Assembly (NCBI GenBank): GCA_951406725.2
Contig: OX597833.1
Location: 12,834,001 to 12,898,000 of the forward strand
Direction of reading: 5' to 3'
DNA: 64,000 bases
DNA from: Octopus vulgaris
Taxonomy: Eukaryota
Shown here in pieces: positions 1 to 12,909 of this stretch. The translations under genes were made by a program, and so were the position numbers. How positions within the stretch are numbered: position 1 is the stretch's first letter; every line of letters starts with the position of its first letter. The notes under the pieces were generated by a model. The model was given only the letters and a program-made list of their open reading frames with translations, searched no databases and had not been told where the DNA came from.

Positions 1-170
1 ATACATACAATACATACATACATGCATGCATGCATACATACATACATACATACAATACATACATACATGCATGCATGCATACATACATACACACACACAT
101 GCATGCATGCGCACACTCATGCATACATACATGCACGCATGCATAAATACATACATAAATACATACATGC
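1..170. repeat. Degenerate (TACA)n/(TGCA)n microsatellite
   Basis: Directly visible. Confidence 0.9.
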
Positions 171-174
171 ATAT

Positions 175-466
175 AATCACGTGATCACATGACCGACCAG
201 ATAATCGGATGTTGTGATACATCGCTGGTCACAATGCACTTTTGTATCATTTTAGCATTCGAATCTTGCTGTCCCTGCTGGTTAGGCGACATTCAGGCCA
301 ACATTCTCCCTTGAGTAGAAGGCTACTCCGGCACAGGGTTGCACGTTTACGACTGAATAAACGGGAGCAACATGAAATGAAGTGTTTTGTTCATGAATAC
401 AACGCGTCACTCGGTCCGGAAATCGTTTGATCGCAAATGCAACACCCTAACCCCTAGCTCACGTGC
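175..466 (-). mobile_element. Old tRNA-headed SINE with CORE-like middle and the same 3' tail as SINE A1
   Basis: Minus strand: degenerate head (ctaggggttagggtgttgc), then aacaaaacacttcatttcatgttgctcc. The tail gcattgtgaccagcgatgt..aacatc.gat..tctggtcggtca matches 2490-2544. Confidence 0.6.
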
Positions 467-684
467 ATGCATGCGGCTGAAGAGAGATTTAAACCATCTT
501 TTATATCTATTATACACTGATGTAAGAACAGGTCGTTTATAAAGCTTGAAACACGTGCACCGCGACATCCTTTGTTTTTGATTTTATTTGATACATATAT
601 ATATATAATATATAAGGAGTATAACTCCAAACTTACAGAGAAAAATTCAATTTAGTATTAAATCAAATTTCACAATATAAATAT

Positions 685-990
685 ATAAAGTATAAATTAG
701 AGATGATATTATTGTGCAACTCAAACAGTGATAGACATAAACCAAAACATAAATAACAAATAATATATATTTTTATAAAACATATAACTAGATCTCAAAA
801 AGTATAAAAATGAATGATCAATACATAATAAGTAAAAAAAATTATATATTGATCATTCATTTTTATACTTTTTGAGATCTAGTTATATGTTTTATAAAAA
901 TATATATTATTTGTTATTTATGTTTTGGATTATGTATATCACTGTTTGAGTTGCATAATATTGGTTTTATCTCTAATTTATATTTTATTA
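685..990. repeat. Long inverted repeat (foldback), ~145-bp arms, ~11-bp loop
   Basis: 685-829 is a near-perfect reverse complement of 841-990 (e.g. catataactagatctcaaaaagtataaaaatgaatgatcaat / attgatcattcatttttatactttttgagatctagttatatg). Confidence 0.9.
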
Positions 991-998
991 TATATATA

Positions 999-1370
999 CT
1001 AGCAGTATCGCCCGGCGTTGCTCAGGTTTGTAAGGGAAATAACTATAAAGCATTTTTAGAGAGTGATAGCCAAAAAATAGCAAAAAAATGGAAAAAAATT
1101 ATGGTAAATTTTTTTTTGAGATTTAAAAAAGGTGGAGTTGCGTCCCCTAGACAGTTTGTGGTTCGTGTTTATGATTCTCGACCCCATGTCGATTTTATCG
1201 ATTTTTTCAGAACTGGGGGAACTTTTCAAAATTTTCGCTGCGTTAGTTTTGAATTATGACATTGGGCTATGTGTGTGTCAAGTTTCATCAGAATCGGTTG
1301 AAAGCCGTGGTCAGGGTGAGGGTACAAGCAAACAGACACACAGAAACACGCACAGACAAACTGCCGTTTA

Positions 1371-1377
<7 letters not shown>
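999..1377 (-). mobile_element. Non-autonomous Helitron
   Basis: 3' end ..gagcaacgccgggcgatactgCTAG is shared with the 23339 and 43737 copies; the 5' end merges into (TA)n. Confidence 0.75.
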
Positions 1378-1445
<68 letters not shown>

Positions 1446-1626
1446 AAATTATATTTGAGTCTTAGTGTATAAAGGCTACATTGAATTTCCAACCGATGCT
1501 GGATGGCTGCCATAAGGTCATCAGCCCCAGCACTGACTTCTGGGTAGCAAACTGAGCCACTTGTAGAACCGGAAACGTCTGCCTACATCCAAAAGTAACG
1601 AGCATCAATGCAGGAAATTAAATCAA

Positions 1627-1956
1627 AACAAGAGCACTCAGAGTACGCAAACCTCCGCCGAGACAACGATTGACTGGTGATGATTTTAAAATAAGAATAT
1701 CTGAAATAAACTCGACGGCTCTCAGAAACGAGAATACTAAAAATGAACCCCACGGCTCTCAAAAATTAAATAAAATAACTCGGGAAAATAAATCCAGAAT
1801 CCTGGTCCGGGACCCGATCGATCCCAATGGTAGGCATGGAATGTGAAGGTGGCTATAGAAAATTTAGCAACAGTAATAAATAGTCTATCCTTATCTAATA
1901 CAAGCCAAAGTTAACAAATTCACCATTCAAAATAGTTTCAAAGGCGGAGGTAATAA
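1627..1956 (-). mobile_element. Helentron-associated (HINE/DINE-like) non-autonomous element
   Basis: Minus strand starts ttattacctccgcc and ends ggcggaggtttgcgtactctgagtgctcttgtt. Sub-terminal inverted repeat acctccgcc (1651) / ggcggaggt (1943), plus a terminal stem-loop. Confidence 0.6.
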
Positions 1957-2114
1957 GTTCTACTCAGGAATTTGTAAATGAATAGCATGAGATCTTTTGG
2001 TTTTCTCTTCTCTTAAATTCCGGCCTTCCTTTAGTATTCCTGTTGTGTTAGATCGATGTATAGAATGATGTATACATCTAAATATACTGTAAAGTGTTGA
2101 TGTATATGTATTAT

Positions 2115-2240
2115 ATAATAAAATAAAATAAAATAAAATAAAATAAAATAAAATAAAATAAAATAAAATAAAATAAAATAAAATAAAATAAAATAAAATA
2201 AAATAATATAATATATAATATAATATAATATAATATAATA
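2115..2240. repeat. (TAAAA)n/(TATAA)n pentanucleotide repeat
   Basis: Directly visible. Confidence 0.95.
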
Positions 2241-2241
2241 T

Positions 2242-2544
2242 GGAGGCGCAATGGCCCAGTGGTTAGGGCAGCGGACTCGCGGTCGTAGAATCGCGGTTTC
2301 GATTCCCAGACCAGGCGTTGTGAGTGTTTATTGAGCGAAAACACCTAAAAACCTCCACGACGCTCCGGCAGGGAATGGTGGCCATCCCTGCTGTACTCTT
2401 TCACCACTCTCTCTCCCACTCCTTCTTCTGTTGGCCTGCTCGCTTAGCCAGCGGGATGGCGTCATTCGAAGGCTAAAACAATGCGAAGCGCATTGTGACC
2501 AGCGATGTATAACAACATCTGATGGTCTGGTCGGTCACGGTGAT
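2242..2544 (+). mobile_element. tRNA-derived SINE family A, tail type 1
   Basis: A-box tggcccagtgg and B-box ggtttcgattccc; the head recurs in at least 7 other copies in the window. Confidence 0.85.
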
Positions 2545-2631
2545 ATGTTAGTGTTATTTAATTTTTGAACGGTTTTGGTGCTGTTTATTTGTGTATTTTG
2601 ATTTCTTATCCATCAGTTTCTACTAAGATAG

Positions 2632-2711
2632 GCTCAATAAACACTCACAATGCTCTGTCTGGGAATCGAAACCGCGTTCTTACGACCGTGAGTCCGCTGC
2701 TCTAACCACTG
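2632..2711 (-). mobile_element. SINE A head fragment
   Basis: gctcaataaacactcac..gggaatcgaaaccgcg..ctaaccactg. Confidence 0.8.
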
Positions 2712-2879
2712 TTGTTGCACAAAAGATAAAAATGTGCGCGTGCACATGGTTTTTCAAATCGAATTCTTTTAATTCAAGAAACTCTTATATTTCATAATAA
2801 AATCTTAATTTACACATTTATATCCAATTTTGTTTTTTTTCCTGTGTCATCACTTTGTTCCTATGTGTGTGTATACACA

Positions 2880-3263
2880 TGGAAGCACTCCGTCGGTTAC
2901 GACGACGAGGGTTCCGGTTGATCCGAATCAACGGAACAGCCTGCTCGTGAAATTAACGTGTAAGTGGCTGAGCACTCCACAGACACGTGTACCCTTAACG
3001 TAGTTCTCGGGGATATTCAGCGTGACACAGAGAGTGACAAGGCCGGCCCTTTGAAATACAGGTACAACAGAAACAGGAAGTAAGAGTGAGAGAAAGTTGT
3101 GGTGAAAGAGTACAGCAGGGATCACCACCATCCCCTGCCGGGGCCTCGTGGAGCTTTTAGGTGTTTTCGCTCAATAAACACTCACAACGCCCGGTCTGGG
3201 AATCGAAACCGCGATCCTACGACCGCGAGTCCGCTGCCCTAACCACTGGGCCATTGCGCCTCC
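2880..3263 (-). mobile_element. SINE family A, tail type 2, full length
   Basis: Nearly identical to 24655-25037. Confidence 0.9.
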
Positions 3264-3849
3264 ACATACATACGTATACACACGCACACTCAGAGGCTCG
3301 CACATATTCCTACGCAACATACGAACTCTTTTTGTACGTGAATTCTGAAGAAACCTTAATCGTTAATTTCACCAATGAAACGAGCTCGTTAAAGAGAACA
3401 GAATGACTTTTGCTGAGGAATTTAAATATAGATTTCCTGTAATAATAGACTTGTTGTACGTCAGTATTATACGGTTAAGCACAACAAAGATAGAGCACGA
3501 ACCGTTTAACTGAGGAAGCAATGAGAGAATTACAGTTTGTCAAAGAGTGTGGGATGGTGGGGAGGGACGTCTGTGACCTTTGTAAGCCTTGGCAAATAGC
3601 TGATATTCAGTTCAAATTCCTGTAGTTCGACGTCTGTGATGACTCGACTTGCTAGAAATAGCAGTCAAATTTCTTCCCAATCCTATCACTGAGGCAAAAG
3701 GAAAAGTTTAAGTATCTTAGGGCTGATAGCATGTTGTCATCTTAATGTGACAGTCCCATAAAAGGGGAAGAATGCTACTGTTATTTAACCCTAGGAAACA
3801 CTGTTTCCTGTTGGACTTGAAATATATTTCCTTTGTCCTTATGTTTTCA

Positions 3850-4525
3850 AAGTGGAGACAAGCACCTCCATTTAGGGGTATATACACGAGTAATGGGAAT
3901 CAACTGGCTGAATTGGAAGCTAGAATTGCAATCGCAAGAACACTGATACGCCAGATCCAGCATTCAGTTTTCTGAAGAGAATTCTTTTATTCTTTTGCTC
4001 TTTTACTTGTTTCAGTCATTTGATTGTGGCCATGCTGAAGCACCGCCTTTAGTCGAGCAAATCGACCCCAGGACTTATTCTTTGTAAGCCTAGTACTTAT
4101 TTTATCGGTCTCTTTTGCCGAAGCGCTAAGTTACAGAGACGTAAACACGCCAGCATCGGTTGTCAAGTGATGTTGGGGGAACAAACACAGACACACAAAC
4201 ATATACACTCACTCTCACACACACACACATACACACACACACACACACACATATATACGATGGGCTTCTTTCAGTTTCCGTCTACCAAATCCACTCACAA
4301 GATTTTGATTGGCCCGAGGCTATAGTAGAAGACACTTGCCCAAGGTGCTACGCAGTGGGACTGAACCCGGAACCATGTAGTTGGTAAACAAGCTACTTAC
4401 CACACAGCCACTCCTACGCCTAGGAGACATTAAAAAATATAAGCCAAACTTGCTATCTTCAATTTGGATTTCATGCCAATCCTCACCTATGGTCACGAAT
4501 GTTAGGTGCTAACAAAATCTTGTAA
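3850..4525 (+). pseudogene. Degenerate RTE-clade LINE reverse-transcriptase fragment, interrupted by SINE B
   Basis: Translates as FRGIYTSNGNQLAELEARIAIARTLIRQ before the SINE and KLAIFNLDFMPILTYGHEC*VLT after it, resembling the RTE YLG..EIxxRI and PxLTYGxExW motifs. Confidence 0.65.
3985..4421 (-). mobile_element. tRNA-derived SINE family B (CORE-like, internal CA/TA microsatellite, agtaaaag tail)
   Basis: Head aggcgtaggagtggctgtgtggtaag..ggttcagtccc; ~10 copies in window. Confidence 0.9.
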
Positions 4526-4794
4526 GGGCCCCCAGGAGTTGTATGAGCCCCAGGTGAGAACTACTGCACTACAGAGTTACTCGATCTCCTAGAAATAGCA
4601 GTCAAATGTCTCACAGATCATATCCCACCGTTATAGAAAAAGTAAAGAGTGATTAGGTTATATAGACTTCGACACATTATGTCTGAAAAAGAATAAAAGA
4701 AACCTTCAAGACATCGAATGGTCACGTTTGGAACTTCTTTGGTTGTAGATCTAAGAGATTACGACTGATCTTGGACAAAATAAGCTTTGAGGAA

Positions 4795-5700
4795 TGAGGA
4801 CAGCCGATTACGTCGACCCCAGTACTCAACTGGTATTTATTTAATAGATCCCGAAAGGATGAAAGGCAAAGTCGACCTCGGTGGAATTTGAACTCAGAAC
4901 GTGAAGACGGACGAAATACCTATTTCTTTACTACCCACAAGGAGCTAAACACAGAGGGAACAAACAAGGACAGACAAACGGATTAAGTCGATTATATCGA
5001 CCCCAATACACAACTGGTACTTAATTCATCGATACCAAAAGGATGAAAGGCACAGTCGACCTCGGTGGAATTTGAACTCAAAACATGAAGACGGACGAAA
5101 TACCTATTTCTTTACTACCCACAAGGGGCTAAACACAGAGGGGACAAACAAGGACAGAGAAACGGATTAAGTCGATTATATCGACCCCAGTGCGTAACTG
5201 GTACTTATTTAATCGACCTCGAAAGGATGAAAGGCAAAGTCGACCTCGGCGGAATTTGAACTCAAAACATGAAGACGGACGAAATACCTATTTCTTTACT
5301 ACCCACAAGGGGCTAAACACAGAGAAGACAAACAAGGACAAACGGATTAAGTCGATTATATCGACCCCAGTGCGTAACTGGTACTTATTTAATCGACCCC
5401 GAAAGGATGAAAGGCAAAGTCGACCTCGGCGGAATTTGAACTCAAAACGTGAAGACGGACGAAATACCTATTTCTTTACTATCCACAAGGGGCTAAACAC
5501 AGAGGGTACAAACAAGGACAGACAAACGGATTAAGTCGATTATATCGACCCCAGTGCGTAACTGGTACTTATTTAATCGACCCCGAAAGGATGAAAGGCA
5601 AAGTCGACCTCGGCGGAATTTGAACTCAGGACGTAACGGCAGACGAAATACCGCTAAGCATTTCGCCCGGCATGCTAACGATTCTGCCAGCTCGCCGCCT
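4795..5700 (-). mobile_element. Tandem array of SINE family C (one tRNA head plus ~5 units of ~178 bp)
   Basis: Head ggcggcgagctggcagaatcgttag at 5700; the unit gagttcaaattcc..gaggtcgactttgcctttcatcc..ggggtcgat..aagaaata repeats about every 178 bp. Confidence 0.9.
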
Positions 5701-5909
5701 TGATCTGGGACTAAATCATAACAACACTATTACGGCGGCCCGTAGCAACAGTCACTCCACCCACCAAGAACAACACGACATCAGGCTGACCTGGGCTCAA
5801 GCAACAGCGACAACAACAACAACAACAACAGCGGCAACAGCAATATCGACTACGAAGAAGGAGAAGAAGAACGAATCTTGAAAAAATGATTGGGTGAAAT
5901 GTTTCATGA

Positions 5910-5940
<31 letters not shown>

Positions 5941-5967
5941 GTAATAATAATAATAATAATAATAATG

Positions 5968-6022
<55 letters not shown>

Positions 6023-6063
6023 TGATGATGATGATGAGGATGATGATGATGATGATGATGATG

Positions 6064-6104
<41 letters not shown>

Positions 6105-6171
6105 TATAATAATAATAATAATAATGATGATGATGATGAGGATGAGGATGATGATGATGATGATGATAATG

Positions 6172-6217
<46 letters not shown>

Positions 6218-6239
6218 TGATGATGATGATGATGATGAT

Positions 6240-6272
<33 letters not shown>

Positions 6273-6500
6273 GATAATAATAATACTAATAATGATGATG
6301 ATGATGATGATGTTGAGGAGGAGGAGGAGGAAGAGTAGGAGGAGTAGGAGGAGGATGAAAAAAATAATAATAATAATAATAATAAAAATAATAACAACGA
6401 TAATAATAATGATAATAATAATGATGATGATAATGAGGATGAGGATGATGATAATAATAATAATAATTATAATAATAATAATAATAACAATAATAATAAT
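5910..6500. repeat. Compound (ATA)n/(ATG)n microsatellite
   Basis: Directly visible; source of the poly-I/M ORFs. Confidence 0.95.
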
Positions 6501-7007
6501 AGTCAAAGCAGCAACGACAAAAACAGTGAAGACCACGACGGCGACTACGACGTCTGGTACGAAGCGATCATTTAATACACGTGTTTTCGGTTCATGTTTG
6601 TGATTTGTCCGAAGATAAATAATAAGATTAAACGCCAATAATGTATTGTTAGGCAATCTCATTATATCAATTCAGAGAGAGAAATCGAATCGTCAATACC
6701 AATATCTCCAATAGCAACGACAAACGGCGATATTAACGAAAAAAAAACACAGAGATAACAACACTAACAGCAGCAGCAGCCGCAGCAGCAGCCGCAGCAG
6801 CAGCGATAACATCAACTTCGATAACATTCTCATCGTTCACAGCATCACTCGCATCATCATTATCAACAAGAGCTACTCAAACAATAAGCACAAAGCAACC
6901 GAATGCGCATGCTCGGAAAAAGGCACGGAGCTCTGTTCGGCCATGTTAGGAAAGCGAGAAGTTACATTAAAACTGTTGGAATGTTGTTGCCGCTGATGTT
7001 TGTTTTT

Positions 7008-7350
7008 TTGTTGAGCGAAGCGGTCTTCGTCCCTTGGGAGAAGTCCGAAACGTGGTCCTTAACTGTTCGTAAGACCCGCAGAAGAGAAAGCAGGTCAACC
7101 CCCGACACCGAGAGCGTCGACGGATGGATGAATGCGCATCCAGGCTCAGCGGTTGCGTAGGAAGTTGGGGACAAGAAACAGGAAGAACGAGTGAGAGAAA
7201 GTTGGAGCGAAAGAGAACAACAGGGGTCGCCACCACCCCCTGCCGGAGCCTCAAGGAGCTTAGATGTTTTTGCTCAATAAACACTCACAAAGCTCGATCT
7301 GGGAATCGAAACCGCGTTCTTACGACCGCGAATCCGCTGTCCTAACCACT
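7008..7350 (-). mobile_element. SINE family A, tail type 3, head truncated
   Basis: Tail homologous to 7355-7729 and 36794-37155. Confidence 0.85.
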
Positions 7351-7354
7351 GTTG

Positions 7355-7729
7355 TTTGTTTGTTGAGCGAAGCGGTCTTCGTCCCGTCTGTAGTGAGTGA
7401 ATTCCGAAACGTGGTCCTTTGCTATTCGTAAGACCCGCAGAAGAGAAAGCAGGTCAACCCCCGACACCGAGAGCGTCGACGGATGGATGGATGCGCATCC
7501 AGGTTCAGCGGATGCGTAGGAAGTCGGGGAGGACAAGAAACAGGAAGAAAGAGTGAGAGAAAGTTGGAGCGAAAGAGTACAACAGGGGTCGCCACCACCC
7601 CCTGCCGGAGCCTCGCGGAGCTTTAGGTGTATTCGCTCAATAAACGAACACAACGCCCGGTCTGGGAATCGAAACCGCGATCCTCCGACCGCGAGTCCGC
7701 TGCCCTAACCACTGGGCCATTGCGCCTCC
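7355..7729 (-). mobile_element. SINE family A, tail type 3, full length
   Basis: Complete head ggaggcgcaatggcccagtgg; tail ends gaagaccgcttcgctcaacaaac. Confidence 0.9.
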
Positions 7730-7769
7730 ACTGCCACTGATATTGTCGTTGTTATTGTTGTTATCTGGT

Positions 7770-7972
7770 CTTTTACTCTTCTACTCTTTTACTTGTTTTA
7801 GTCATGTGACTGTGGCCATGCTGGAGCACCGCCTTTAGTCGAGCAAATCGACCCCAGGACTTATTCTTTGTAAGCCTGGTTCTTATTCCATTAGTCTTTT
7901 TGCCGAACCGCTAAGTTACGGGGACGTAAACACACTAGCATCGGTTGTCAAGCGATGTTGGGGGAAGGGTGA

Positions 7973-8012
<40 letters not shown>

Positions 8013-8202
8013 CATACATATATATATATACATATAAACGACAGGCTTCTTTCAGTTTCCGTCTACCAAATCCACTCACAAGGCATTGGTCGGCCCGGGG
8101 CTATAGCAGAAGACACTTGCCCAAGATGCCACGCAGTGGGACTGAACCCGGAACCATGTGGATGGTTAGCATGCTACTGACCACACAGCCACTCCTGCGC
8201 CT
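7770..8202 (-). mobile_element. SINE family B
   Basis: Full-length match to the other B copies. Confidence 0.9.
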
Positions 8203-8737
8203 ATGTTTGCTTCCCACTGCCTTTCGTGAATAAATCTGTCGGTCAACGAGTCACTGTCTGTCTCGATATATCACTTCCACATATTTGTCAGCTGCCCTAA
8301 CTACTGGGCCATTGCGTCTCCTGTCTGCTGTTGTTGTTGTTGCTGTTTCTGTTGTGTGTAGTTATAATTATTCATATCCCCGAGAAGCAACGTCAGAATA
8401 ACAGTAGAGAAGAGCGTGGCAGCGACTTAAAAGCTTCTCGTTGCAATTGCGGGTGCAACCTGTTTGGTCTGAAGCCAAAAGCCGTGGAACGCTTCCCTTC
8501 TCCCTCACCTCCCTCCACTGCGAACATTTTAATGGAATTTCTGGCAGCCATGTTTTCAAAGGAAAGAATATTGACTTTTATACAAAAACACAGAATTTCA
8601 CCAATGGCGTTACTGTACGGAGTTGCCCGCAAAAGAAAACGGTCAAATTCCAGTATAGTTCTCAATGAACTTGACAAGAAAAAATGACCAAATCGTGTTT
8701 AAGACAAAAATAACGAAAAAAAAAAAAATTTTCAGCT

Positions 8738-9460
8738 CAACCTTTTCACTACTGTATTTATTTTGAGATGCTCTGTGTTTCTTTCAATTATTTTAAATAT
8801 AACAAAGAATTTAGTAAAACAACTTAGTTATCATTCAGCTAATGTTAGGAACATAAATTGTGACTAAGGCTTGGTGGAAAATTTTAACTCAAAACTTATG
8901 AAAACAAGACATTTATACTCAGAGCCAGAGCCGGTTTCAACCAGGTTGGTATCAAAAGGATTAAGAATTGTTTCTCTATTATATATTTTAACCCTTTTGT
9001 TACCATATTTCTGTTGAGATGCTCTGTGTTTCTTTCAATTATTTTAAATAAAACAAAGAATTTAGTAAAACAACTTAGTTATCATTAAGCTAGTGTTTGG
9101 AACATAAATTGTGACTAAGGCTTGGCGGAAGATTTTAATTCAAAACCTATGAAAACAAGACATTTGTACTACAGAGCCAGAGGTGGTTTCAGCCAGGTTG
9201 GTATCAAAAGTATAAAGAATTGTTTCTCTATTATTTATTTTAACCCTTTTGTTACCATATTTCTGTTGAGATGCTCTGTGTTTCTTTCAATTACTTTAAA
9301 TATAACAAAGAATTTAGTAAAACAACTTAGTTATCATTAAGCTAGTGTTTGGAACATAAATTGTGACTAAGGCTTGGTGGAATATTTTAATTCAAAACCT
9401 ATGAAAACAAGACATTTTACCACAGAGCCAGAAGCGGTTTTGGCCGGGTTAGTAACAAAG
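8738..9460. mobile_element. Three tandem ~252-bp units of a piggyBac-like MITE
   Basis: Units start TTAA-ccc-ttttgttacc (8988, 9240) and end ggtatcaaaagga-TTAA (8964): imperfect TIRs with TTAA. Confidence 0.65.
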
Positions 9461-9554
9461 GAGAAACAAAATCTCATGATAATCAAGATAAAAATCACCG
9501 CCACCACCATCACCATCACCATCGCAACAGCAAAAACAACAATAATAATAATCC

Positions 9555-9958
9555 TGGCTACTATAGGCGCAAGGCCTGAAATATTCGGGGAGGAGCTCAT
9601 TACATCAACCCCAGTATATAACTGGTACTTATTTTATCGACTCCAAAAGGATGAAAGACGAAGTCGATGTTGGTGAGATTTCAGCTTAGAACGTAAAGCC
9701 GGAAGAAATGGCGTTAAGCATTTTGTCCGATGTGCTTAGTAATAACCCTTTCTGCTATAGGCACAAGGCCGGAAATTATGGGAGAGGGGACTAGTTGATT
9801 TCATCGACCCCAGTGTCTCACTGGTACTTAATTTATAGAGCCCGAAAGGATGAAAGGCAAAGTCGACCTCGGTGGAATTTGAACTCAGAACGTAAAGGCG
9901 AGTGAAATGCCACTAAGCATTGTGTCCAGTGTGCTAACGATTCTTCCAGCTCGCCGCC

Positions 9959-9960
<2 letters not shown>
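9555..9960 (-). mobile_element. Two older SINE C copies with alternative tail (aaatttcaggccttg..cctatag)
   Basis: C core motifs; head ctcgccgcc at ~9955. Confidence 0.8.
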
Positions 9961-10021
<61 letters not shown>

Positions 10022-10024
<3 letters not shown>

Positions 10025-10230
10025 TAATCTCAAGTTTTAAAACAAACATAATTTTCGTATGTTTATTTTTTTTTTTTTAGACAGTCACTAGTACAACACT
10101 AAATACAAAACCAAATATATGGCACACTAGGCATAACACCAACATGAACTTCTAGCCTGTTGTCTCTTGAGGTCTCTGGGTGAGAATTGGAGCCAACTTG
10201 TACAAATATAAAGCAAAAGTCAAACATAGA
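10022..10230 (+). mobile_element. R4/Dong-type LINE 3' UTR fragment in (TAA)n
   Basis: Matches the 3' UTR of 31797-32783 (..gcaaaagtcaaacatag); TAA repeats on both sides. Confidence 0.8.
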
Positions 10231-10242
10231 ATAATAATAATA

Positions 10243-10324
<82 letters not shown>

Positions 10325-10570
10325 GGGAACTGCTCATATCCTACGCAAAATACTCTCTATGTAATCCCAAGGTTTAAAACAAACTTTTTATTTATTTATT
10401 TTTATTTATTTATTTTTTTTTATGTATTAGACATTCACTAGTACAACACCAAAAAAAAGAAAAAAAAACCCCTAAATATATGGCACAGAACCTCCAACCT
10501 GTTGTCTCTTGAGGTCTCTGGGTGAGACTTGGAGCCAACTTGTACAGACATAAAGCAAAAGTCAAACATA

Positions 10571-10571
<1 letters not shown>
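10325..10571 (+). mobile_element. 5'-truncated R4/Dong-type LINE in (TAA)n
   Basis: GTAHILRKILSM* plus 3' UTR, near-identical to 32543-32783. Confidence 0.9.
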
Positions 10572-10629
<58 letters not shown>

Positions 10630-10885
10630 GTTTCGAATTTCAAATTCTTGACTAGTATTTCATATTATCGACCCCGTAAAGATGACAGGCAAAGTCTAAC
10701 TCAGCAGGTATTTGAACTCATAACATGAAGAACCAGAATATTACAAGTTGTTATTCATTCCTCACTTACTTTAGACAAAATTATGAAATAGAGATAGATG
10801 GAAGATCGTTAGCTAGATAGATAGAGAAATAGAGAGATCGAGAGAGAGAGAGAAAAAGTGTGAAAGAGAGATAGATAGACAGATA

Positions 10886-11075
10886 AAGTTAATCCAAACA
10901 TGAAAGCACAAAAAAAAAACACAACAACGCGAGGACGTGGAACAAATATAGTATTATTGGACGCTCAGGAAGGAAGGAGAGTTTAACGTTTAGAGCAGAG
11001 CTCTTCGTCGGAATACAGAGGAGAAGAAAAGATCCAGAGAAGGGAAGACAGAGGGAAAAAAAATCGCCAACGGTA
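10886..11075 (-). mobile_element. Hammerhead-bearing short element E1 (core mutated)
   Basis: Homologous to 20988-21176 and 26300-26495; core reads CCGACGA-A-GAGC/GCTC-TAAAC. Confidence 0.7.
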
Positions 11076-11451
11076 CAGACAGATAGGTAGATAAGGATAG
11101 AGAAAAAGAAAGAACAAAAGGGGGGGGGGGAGAGTTAGTCGTAATGATAGGCAAAGAAGCAGATATAGAGAAAGACAGCCAAGATGAAGGGGGTTAAAAA
11201 GGGAGAAGAAACAGACAAACAAACAAACGAACGAAGACTCCGGAATTTAAAGACACAATGACCAAACCACATCAAATACTTTATTCACTCTCGCCATATT
11301 GGTTTTGCGTTCTAATCTCTTATTGAGACAAACAGGCTACTGTAATGCAAGAATTCCTCCGCAAAGACACTTAACGATTCCATTATTCCATCATATTCGG
11401 TCATTAAATCTGAACTTGAGAGAGCGTTCAAAACTAATGATTTCATTACTC

Positions 11452-11672
<221 letters not shown>

Positions 11673-11751
11673 GAATGGCGGTTGCTTGCTAAGAAATCAC
11701 GTTCAGCTCAATGTGATTAACGTTTGCATATTATTATTATTATTATTATTA

Positions 11752-11797
<46 letters not shown>

Positions 11798-12299
11798 TAA
11801 TGAAAAAGAAGAAGAAGAAGAACAATAATAATTCCGCTACCGACACCACCACAATCACCAACACCACCACAACCAACAACAACAACAAACAACAGCGATA
11901 ATCACTCTTATTAATGATCCATTGTTCTCTGTTCCTTTTTGCTTGTTTTATAGTTTCTCTTCTTTTTCTTCCTCTTCATCCAACCCCTCTCTCCTTTTCC
12001 TCACCCTCCTTTTTCTTAACCTTCTCTCCTTCCTCTCATCCTTCCCCCTTCCTCTCCTTCCTCTCATCCTTCTCCTTTTTCCCTATCTCTCCCCTCCTCC
12101 TCCTCTTTTTCTTTTTCCTCCTCCTCCTCCTTCCCCCCTCCTCCTCCTCCTCTACTTTCTCTGTACGCTGTTCAGACACTTCCACTCCGTGTATTTTGGT
12201 TGTGGACCACATTTGTTGTAAATATTTTAAAATGATAAATACATCTATCTTGTTTGACAGGTTATGCACGCACTCACGCACCCACGTACGCACGCACGC

Positions 12300-12640
<341 letters not shown>

Positions 12641-12909
12641 CAAACAAACACACACAGAAACATGCACTCTCACACCAACTCACATACACACGTCTTAAAA
12701 ATTGACAAACACTCCAAATTTAGGAATCTTGAAAATGCCATTAAGGAAGACAGAGTGGTCGTGGGTTCAATACCGATCGAACGATCTAAAATGGTCAGAG
12801 GATAATTTTTTCAATATGTGTGAATGACATCAGAATGGCAGCGGCCACAATTTCGCATGAAACAAACTCTAAAACACTTAAAACGATAAATATTCTTCAA
12901 ACTACACGC

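Noticed and set aside
476-560. ctgatgt..cttgaaacacgtg hammerhead-like string (similar strings near 17900-17975, 22522, 38103, 46114, 47710)
   Set aside because: Core or stems incomplete; cannot be supported without a family consensus
2242-2315. tRNA-like sequences (also the heads of SINEs B and C)
   Set aside because: They have A and B boxes but continue into multi-copy SINE bodies and lack a proper acceptor stem; not tRNA genes
5890-6662. Long poly-I/M ORFs and all YI/HT/CV/SL/RE/MYVC ORFs
   Set aside because: Translations of stop-free microsatellites
8331-8687. 118-aa ORF in unique sequence
   Set aside because: No recognisable motif or convincing splice sites; a small host exon here or in other unique islands cannot be excluded without RNA-seq
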